Of a DNA stretch of 3,722 bases, positions 1 to 3,722 are shown piece by piece; positions within the stretch are counted from its first letter, which is position 1, and the number at the start of each line of letters is the position of its first letter. The notes under the pieces were generated by a model, which was given only the letters and a program-made list of their open reading frames with translations, did not search any database and was not told where the DNA came from. Made by a program: the position numbers and the translations under genes. This stretch comes from a virus (taxonomy: Duplodnaviria > Heunggongvirae > Uroviricota > Caudoviricetes), in IMG/VR virus record IMGVR_UViG_2778261570_000023; one strand, given 5' to 3'.

Positions 1-1242
1 ATGGCACGAAAAACCACCCCACTAACTATTACGGAGATCAAAAACGCACGACCAGGGGAAAAGGAATACACCCTGCAGGATGGTGGAGGATTATTTCTTC
101 TGGTGAAACCCTCCGGATCAAAAATCTGGCGTTTTACGTACTACCGCCCGGCAGATAAAAAACGGACTATCATCAGCCTCGGATCGCTGAATGATGTTTC
201 CCTGTCCGATGCCAGAGAACGACGGAATGAATACAGGTCACTCATAGCGAAGGGAGTTGACCCACAGGACCACGAACGCCGGAAACGTGAAGCAGAGAGT
301 CGGAAAAAGGGCAACACGTTCGAAAAAGTTGCCTCGGACTGGTACGAGATGAAAAAAGGCCAGAATCTGGCTTACAACACGATTAAGGATATCTGGCGAT
401 CCCTGGAAAAATACGTATTCCCGTACATCGGAAACACGCCAATAGATACCCTCACAGCTCGCCGCTTTGTTGAGATACTCACACCCATTAAAGCACGCGG
501 CAACCTGGAAACCCTGAAACGCGTTTTACAACGCATCAATGAAGTGATGGATTTTGCTGCCAACAGTGGGCTGATTGACATCAACACCGCCGCGAACGTC
601 CGCAAGGCATTCCCCTCACCCACCAAAAAGCACATGCCAACCATCCGACCGGAACAGCTACCGCAGCTAATGCACGATTTATCGGTCGCCAGCATAGAAC
701 GGCAAACCAGATTGCTGATTGAGTGGCAACTGCTGACCGTAGCACGCCCAGCCGAAGCAGCCGCCGCACGCTGGGAAGAAATAGATCTCGATGCCGAAAC
801 CTGGACGATTCCAGCCGGACGCATGAAGATGCGCCGTGACCACGTGATCCCCCTTTGCGGTCAGGCGATGGCTGTACTGGAAACCATGAAGCCAATCAGC
901 GCACACAGGGAACATGTTTTTCCCAGCCTTAAAAATCCAATGCTGCCAATGAGCAGCCAGACCGCTAACGCTGCATTGCGCCGGATGGGTTACGCTGGTG
1001 TGCTGGTGTCTCACGGATTACGCGCCATATTCAGTACAGCAGCGAACGAGGAAGGATTCGAGCCGGACGTAATCGAGGCCGCACTCGCACACGTGGACAC
1101 AAACGAGGTAAGGCGAGCATATAACCGAAGTAACTACCTGGAAAAGCGCGTGGTGCTTATGCGCTGGTGGGGGGAATTTGTAGAGGCCGCAGCAACCGGA
1201 GTGACCATAGCCAGCGGTAAAAGGGGTATCCGTGCCGTGTAA
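1..1242 (+). CDS. int: Site-specific tyrosine recombinase / integrase, P4 (IntA/CP4-57)-like family, 413 aa, apparently full length
   Basis: ORF spans frame 1 from an ATG at position 1 to a TAA at 1240-1242. The N-terminus (MARKT.PLT..EIK......Y.L.DG.GL.LL.K.SGSK.W.F.YYRP) recalls E. coli CP4-57 IntA and P4 Int. The C-terminal catalytic region has an R box (TVARPAE), the H-x-x-R box (HGLR, codons 1012-1023), a second His (LAHVD) and candidate catalytic Tyr in VRRAYNRSNY (Tyr codons 1120-1122 and 1135-1137). Length matches IntA (413 aa). Upstream context (int promoter, att site, tRNA) lies outside the window. Confidence 0.93.
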   Translation: MARKTTPLTITEIKNARPGEKEYTLQDGGGLFLLVKPSGSKIWRFTYYRPADKKRTIISLGSLNDVSLSDARERRNEYRSLIAKGVDPQDHERRKREAESRKKGNTFEKVASDWYEMKKGQNLAYNTIKDIWRSLEKYVFPYIGNTPIDTLTARRFVEILTPIKARGNLETLKRVLQRINEVMDFAANSGLIDINTAANVRKAFPSPTKKHMPTIRPEQLPQLMHDLSVASIERQTRLLIEWQLLTVARPAEAAAARWEEIDLDAETWTIPAGRMKMRRDHVIPLCGQAMAVLETMKPISAHREHVFPSLKNPMLPMSSQTANAALRRMGYAGVLVSHGLRAIFSTAANEEGFEPDVIEAALAHVDTNEVRRAYNRSNYLEKRVVLMRWWGEFVEAAATGVTIASGKRGIRAV

Positions 1243-1266
1243 CTGTACAAAAAAACAGTAAAACCA

Positions 1267-1295
1267 GTGCAAACCATGCCAAACCATCGTATAAT
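1267..1295 (+). promoter_or_regulatory. Putative sigma70-type promoter for the small downstream ORF
   Basis: Perfect -10 hexamer TATAAT at 1290-1295. With a 17-bp spacer the -35 candidate is only GTGCAA (1267-1272, 3/6 match to TTGACA). Sits in the int / small-ORF intergenic region, 45 bp upstream of the ATG at 1341. Confidence 0.3.
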
Positions 1296-1340
1296 TGCCA
1301 CAAATTTAACGACAAGGCCGGAGTATATGAAAATTCTATT

Positions 1341-1571
1341 ATGCAAAATACCACCGCCTACGGCGAAGGCCTGCAACTGGCCTTAATGGCAAATCGTGAA
1401 TTCTGGTCAACATACGATCCGGAAGACAAATCAACAGCCCCCACAAAACACGAGGTAGTCAGTTTTTTGCGCTCGCGTGGTGCATCGAAAAATCTGGCTG
1501 AAAGCATCGACAAGGTGCTGAGGCCCACCAGCCTTAAATGCGGTGGGCGACCTAAGAAGTGGAAACGGTAA
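1341..1571 (+). CDS. Hypothetical small basic protein, 76 aa, C-terminus GGRPKKWKR; no family recognised
   Basis: ORF from ATG 1341 to TAA 1569-1571. An intrinsic terminator begins 6 nt after the stop and a TATAAT box lies upstream. No convincing Shine-Dalgarno within 5-10 nt of the ATG (the GGAG at 1320-1323 is 17 nt away), so translation is uncertain and this could be a small RNA instead. Confidence 0.5.
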   Translation: MQNTTAYGEGLQLALMANREFWSTYDPEDKSTAPTKHEVVSFLRSRGASKNLAESIDKVLRPTSLKCGGRPKKWKR

Positions 1572-1576
1572 TCACA

Positions 1577-1606
1577 ATAGCGGCCCCTTGTGGTCGCTAT
1601 TTTTTT
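1577..1606 (+). terminator. Rho-independent terminator
   Basis: Stem 1577-1585 (ATAGCGGCC) pairs with 1592-1600 (GGTCGCTAT): 9 bp with one G-U wobble, 6-nt loop, followed directly by a T7 tract (1600-1606). Lies 6 nt past the stop of the 76-aa ORF. Confidence 0.7.
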
Positions 1607-1634
1607 GCAAAAAGAAAGCGTAATCAATGAGATA

Positions 1635-1676
1635 AAAAACAGTACCCACCGTTTAAAAAGGGTGGGTACTGTTTTT
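1635..1676. terminator. Strong bidirectional terminator-like hairpin
   Basis: Perfect inverted repeat CAGTACCCACC (1640-1650) / GGTGGGTACTG (1661-1671) with a 10-nt loop, flanked by A5 (1635-1639) and T5 (1672-1676). This gives a U-tract after the stem on either strand. Second hairpin in tandem, about 65 bp upstream of alpA. Confidence 0.6.
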
Positions 1677-1740
1677 CCCGCCCTGCCCTGTTTTACCGTA
1701 TTTATCACCGGAATACGCCGGATTAACGAGGTAAAACATA

Positions 1741-1947
1741 GTGGAAACAATCAGAAAAATACTTACCCGTCAGGAAGTAAAAAATATTCTGCGCATCAAG
1801 GCAGACAGTTCGCTACAGGACATGATCAACGCCGGAAAATTCCCGAAAGGCTTCAAAATCGGTCTGCGTCGTGTTGGCTGGTATGAAGATGAGGTGCTGG
1901 CCTGGCTGAAAGAACGCGAGGAAGAAGCGCGCGGAACGGCTGCGTAA
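1741..1947 (+). CDS. alpA: AlpA-family phage/island transcriptional regulator (excision activator-like, MerR-type HTH), 68 aa
   Basis: Translation ...ILTRQEVKNILRIKADSSLQDMINAGKFPKGFKIGLRRVGWYEDEVLAWL... fits the AlpA (Phage_AlpA) signature, including the G.FPK...G.R.VGW..EV..WL core. Start is GTG at 1741, the first start after the in-frame stop at 1732-1734, with GAGG at 1727-1730 (10-nt spacer). Stop TAA at 1945-1947. Confidence 0.82.
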   Translation: METIRKILTRQEVKNILRIKADSSLQDMINAGKFPKGFKIGLRRVGWYEDEVLAWLKEREEEARGTAA

Positions 1948-2097
1948 TGGTGTGAGGCGTAACACAATGAACATAACAAAAAGCGCCCCGTTGCCGGAGC
2001 GCCCTTGCGAACAATTAACCTGCTGCGAAAAAAATGGATCAGTGCAGGGGAATTATATCAACCGTGTGGCGAAGCGCCACAATTGCCGGATAACAGG

Positions 2098-2126
2098 CAA
2101 AGAAAAGGCCACCCGCTACGGTGGCC
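2098..2126 (-). terminator. Candidate intrinsic terminator for the minus-strand cargo operon
   Basis: GC-rich 7-bp stem GGCCACC (2107-2113) / GGTGGCC (2120-2126) with a 6-nt loop. On the minus strand it is followed by TTTTCTTTG (complement of 2098-2106). About 100 nt downstream of the stop of the 160-aa gene. No T-tract on the plus-strand side. Confidence 0.35.
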
Positions 2127-2228
2127 CTTCGACACAAGCTACACGTTATCCCCAACGCATGAGCATCACTAACAATGCCACATTTGCGGCTGGTGGGCAA
2201 AGCGTAACCGGAAAAAAATTCCGGTGGG

Positions 2229-2711
2229 CTATTTTATCTTGTGCTGTCGTAGGTAACGTCTCACACCTGGTATTTTTTCGCCAGTATCGGGGTTAATAGC
2301 TTGAATTTTTTTATCGTACAAATCTACTCTAACTATTTTCCCATGTTCGTTTTTTCCATAAACATACTCTAACTCAGGGAAATAGTGAGAGGCGTGAAGA
2401 AAATAGTTGTGTTTTAAATTTGCATATTCAAAAACTAACTTAGCATCAACACATATATATTTGTGACCGCCATGAATATCCATATAAAAATGATCTTCGT
2501 GTGTTGTTATTCGTTTTTGTTTATTAACAGGATTATCAGATGATTCCTTTCTCTCTTCATACAACTTAGCCCGTTCGGCCTCTTCTTGTGCAATTCTTCT
2601 GGATGCCTCGGCTCTAATTTTGTCGTGTGAATTTTCTGAAATAAATAATTTGGTAAGAACGTAAATGGATAAAATTACGATCGCAATGAAAATGACGAAT
2701 CCCATAATCAT
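2229..2711 (-). CDS. Membrane-anchored protein of unknown family, 160 aa: N-terminal single TM helix, charged Ala/Glu/Arg-rich linker, His/Tyr-rich C-terminal domain
   Basis: Minus-strand ORF with stop TAG at 2229-2231. Favoured start is ATG 2711-2709 (MIMGFVIFIAIVILSIYVLTKLF...), preceded by AGGAG at 2720-2716 with a 4-nt spacer; a second in-frame ATG lies at 2705-2703. The ORF track extends it to an ATG at 2759 (adds MSQPEELRLQRLHRRL), which has no SD but sits 9 nt after the upstream stop. Residues 3-22 are strongly hydrophobic. AT-rich coding sequence. Confidence 0.75.
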   Translation of the reverse strand: MIMGFVIFIAIVILSIYVLTKLFISENSHDKIRAEASRRIAQEEAERAKLYEERKESSDNPVNKQKRITTHEDHFYMDIHGGHKYICVDAKLVFEYANLKHNYFLHASHYFPELEYVYGKNEHGKIVRVDLYDKKIQAINPDTGEKIPGVRRYLRQHKIK

Positions 2712-2734
2712 TAATCTCCTATGTAATCTTTGGA

Positions 2735-2757
2735 GTCGCAACTCCTCTGGTTGCGAC
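2735..2757 (-). promoter_or_regulatory. Intergenic stem-loop between the RHH gene and the membrane-protein gene
   Basis: Perfect 8-bp inverted repeat GTCGCAAC (2735-2742) / GTTGCGAC (2750-2757) with a 7-nt loop. It lies between the RHH stop (2769-2771) and the AGGAG/ATG of the downstream gene. No U-tract follows on the minus strand, so it is not a canonical terminator. Confidence 0.3.
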
Positions 2758-2768
2758 ATTAGTGATAG

Positions 2769-2963
2769 TTATCCCTTTGGCTCAATTCCGCGCCGTAACA
2801 GTTCTTTGCGCCCTAACTCTTTAAGCCAGTTGGCAAGACTTACTCCATCGTTACTGGCTTCGTTATCAAACTGCTCCTTCAATTCAGGGACTATACGCAT
2901 ATGGAATGGTGGGGCCTTTCCTGTGCCTTTTTGTTTTTTATCGCGCTTAATAACTGTTGACAT
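2769..2963 (-). CDS. Arc/Mnt-like ribbon-helix-helix (RHH) DNA-binding protein, 64 aa, with Lys-rich N-terminal tail
   Basis: Minus-strand ORF from ATG 2963-2961 to TAA 2771-2769. Translation is MSTVIKRDKKQKGTGKAPPFHMRIVPELKEQFDNEASNDGVSLANWLKELGRKELLRRGIEPKG. The segment PPFHMRIVPELKEQFDNEASNDGVSLANWL follows the Arc/Mnt pattern (P.F..R.P.E.......A...G.S.N..L). Weak SD GGTG 6 nt upstream. The track's longer 102-aa version begins at a TTG (3077) and is not favoured. Confidence 0.7.
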   Translation of the reverse strand: MSTVIKRDKKQKGTGKAPPFHMRIVPELKEQFDNEASNDGVSLANWLKELGRKELLRRGIEPKG

Positions 2964-3022
2964 GTGTACACCTATAGCGTTATGTTTTGGTTCGTTAGGT
3001 GTACACCTTAACACGTGTACAT
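2957..3022. promoter_or_regulatory. Divergent control region with three GTGTACAC-type palindromes (putative operators) and a candidate rightward promoter
   Basis: Palindromes: GTGTACAC at 2964-2971 (overlapping the RHH start codon), a perfect 12-bp AGGTGTACACCT at 2997-3008, and a degenerate ACACGTGTACAT at 3011-3022. Centres are about 35 bp and 16 bp apart. Candidate plus-strand promoter: -35 TTGACA (2957-2962), 18-bp spacer, -10 TATGTT (2981-2986). I could not confidently place the leftward promoter. Confidence 0.4.
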
Positions 3023-3102
3023 CAAAAAACGCAACGCCCCGCAGTGGTGGCACACATGCAGGGCGTCTAACCACCAACGATAACGAGAGTATCGAGGTAG
3101 CT

Positions 3103-3306
3103 ATGAGAAATCATACCACACACCCGCAAGGGCGGGACTCGCACAACCTGAATAAATATATCTGGCGTTTTATCGCCCTGAGCACGGCACAACCGCGCGT
3201 GATTACCATTGAGGCCACCAGCGAACAGGAAGCACGCCAGCAATCCCCGGCTGGCTGCGTGATGGTATTCGCCGCCCGTATTCGTCAGGAGGTGCGCCAT
3301 GATTAA
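3103..3306 (+). CDS. Small conserved island/prophage protein, 67 aa; resembles from memory the Icd-like (host cell division inhibitor-like) small proteins annotated in P4-like elements
   Basis: ATG 3103 preceded by GAGG (3094-3097, 5-nt spacer); stop TAA 3304-3306. Translation MRNHTTHPQGRDSHNLNKYIWRFIALSTAQPRVITIEATSEQEARQQSPAGCVMVFAARIRQEVRHD. The family name is recalled, not searched, so it is low confidence; that it is a real coding gene is moderately confident. Confidence 0.6.
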   Translation: MRNHTTHPQGRDSHNLNKYIWRFIALSTAQPRVITIEATSEQEARQQSPAGCVMVFAARIRQEVRHD

Positions 3307-3511
3307 CCTGTCACTTACTGACCTTAACCGCATTCAGTTTCGTGAGAAATTTACCGGGCAGCTACTGGTCAATGTGGATAAAGGCCGCGTGGTGTGTAAT
3401 TACCACCTGCCAGATGAAGCAATTGTCGCAACAAGGGAATCATTACAGGAACTCGCAGAGCGTGCCGGAATGATTAACGCGAATATTCAGGGGGTGAGAC
3501 ATGTGCAATAA
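3299..3511 (+). CDS. Hypothetical small protein, 70 aa, translationally coupled to the upstream gene
   Basis: ATG 3299 preceded by a strong AGGAGG (3287-3292, 6-nt spacer). Start overlaps the upstream stop by 8 nt. Stop TAA 3509-3511. Translation MINLSLTDLNRIQFREKFTGQLLVNVDKGRVVCNYHLPDEAIVATRESLQELAERAGMINANIQGVRHVQ; no family recognised. Confidence 0.65.
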   Translation: MINLSLTDLNRIQFREKFTGQLLVNVDKGRVVCNYHLPDEAIVATRESLQELAERAGMINANIQGVRHVQ

Positions 3512-3722
3512 AAGCACGCCGGACGCAGCCGCCGAAGCTATCAGAACGCTGATGCACGCGCTGATTGATATTTCTGTTATCGCAGACAAGGCGCATAAGT
3601 ACGCCACCAGCGAAACAGAATATGCCGGGGCTTTCGTTCCTCACTCACTGGCTGTTATGCAATTTAGTGCTGATATGGCACTGAATGAGGCTAAAGCCAT
3701 CCTGATTGCTGATTGTGAAAAT
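3501..3722 (+). CDS. Hypothetical protein, 5' partial view (first 74 codons), continues beyond the window end
   Basis: ATG 3501 overlaps the upstream gene by 11 nt, with a G-rich SD-like GGGGTGAG at 3491-3498. The frame is open through 3722 with no stop (MCNKSTPDAAAEAIRTLMHALIDISVIADKAHKYATSETEYAGAFVPHSLAVMQFSADMALNEAKAILIADCEN...). It is absent from the ORF track, apparently because no stop falls inside the window. Confidence 0.55.
   Translation, partial: MCNKSTPDAAAEAIRTLMHALIDISVIADKAHKYATSETEYAGAFVPHSLAVMQFSADMALNEAKAILIADCEN

Noticed and set aside
372-1376. Six minus-strand ORFs of 65-150 aa (372-824, 581-895, 679-1014, 1018-1287, 1134-1376, 1157-1354) inside or overlapping the integrase
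   Set aside because: All are antisense to a well-supported integrase CDS in a GC-rich region where long antisense ORFs arise by chance. Translations are Arg/Cys/Trp-rich with no recognisable motifs.
1327-1386. 19-codon ORF (MKILLCKIPPPTAKACNWP) with GGAG 3 nt upstream of its ATG
   Set aside because: Too short and featureless to call. The SD spacing is very short. Mentioned only as a possible leader peptide in the finding on 1267-1606.
1358-1750. Minus-strand ORF, 130 aa
   Set aside because: It spans both terminator hairpins and the antisense of the small ORF, and its translation is low-complexity. It is incompatible with the promoter/terminator architecture seen on the plus strand.
1590-1886. 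Plus-strand ORF, 98 aa
   Set aside because: It begins inside the terminator region and overlaps alpA in another frame. The AlpA frame carries the recognisable family signature; this one does not.
1770-1979. Minus-strand ORF, 69 aa
   Set aside because: Antisense to alpA; no start signals or motifs.
1982-2004. 7-bp direct repeat AGCGCCC (1982-1988 and 1998-2004)
   Set aside because: Too short to distinguish from chance in GC-rich sequence; no matching repeat was found at the other cargo boundary to suggest a target-site duplication.
1952-2296. Plus-strand ORF, 114 aa (GTG start; internal ATG at 1967 with a possible SD)
   Set aside because: Translation is low-complexity (Cys/Arg/Thr/Asn-rich, no hydrophobic core), the region is full of hairpins that fit terminators, and the ORF would overlap the convergent 160-aa gene by about 68 nt. 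Left uncalled, but not excluded; see the finding on 1948-2228.
2964-3077. N-terminal extension of the RHH ORF to a TTG start at 3077 (102-aa version)
   Set aside because: The extension (MVVRRPACVPPLRGVAFFDVHVLRCTPNEPKHNAIGVH) reads like translated non-coding DNA and would run through the palindromic operator cluster. The ATG at 2963 gives a typical Arc-sized protein.
2665-3102. 5' two-thirds of the 213-aa plus-strand ORF (2665-3306)
   Set aside because: This part is antisense to the membrane-protein and RHH genes and runs through the operator region. Only the 3' 67 codons, starting at the SD-preceded ATG 3103, are accepted as a gene.
3067-3333. Minus-strand ORF, 88 aa
   Set aside because: Antisense to the SD-supported, translationally coupled plus-strand small genes; no start signals.
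1-3722. CRISPR arrays, tRNA/rRNA genes, IS elements or transposase genes
   Set aside because: No regularly spaced direct repeats, tRNA-like cloverleaf segments, or transposase-like ORFs are evident in the six-frame translations. The only mobility gene seen is the tyrosine integrase.

Overview
This window looks like the integrase-proximal end of an enterobacterial-type integrative element with a P4 / CP4-57 / PICI-like backbone. It holds a full-length P4-family tyrosine integrase (1-1242, +), a small basic ORF with its own promoter and intrinsic terminator (1341-1571), a second bidirectional terminator hairpin, and an AlpA-family regulator (1741-1947, GTG start). After a ~280-bp gap with no convincing gene comes an AT-rich cargo module on the minus strand: an Arc/Mnt-like ribbon-helix-helix protein (2769-2963) followed by a 160-aa membrane-anchored, His/Tyr-rich protein I cannot place in any family (2229-2711). 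Diverging from it, three tightly overlapping small genes start at 3103 (+) and run off the window. The divergent intergenic region carries three copies of a GTGTACAC palindrome that look like operators. The RHH plus membrane-protein pair, sitting in the integrase-proximal variable region, is the best candidate for an undescribed accessory module (possibly anti-phage, abortive infection or exclusion). Its function cannot be established from sequence alone. I saw no rRNA, tRNA, CRISPR array or transposase. All similarity statements are from reading the translations and recalling known families; no searches were run.
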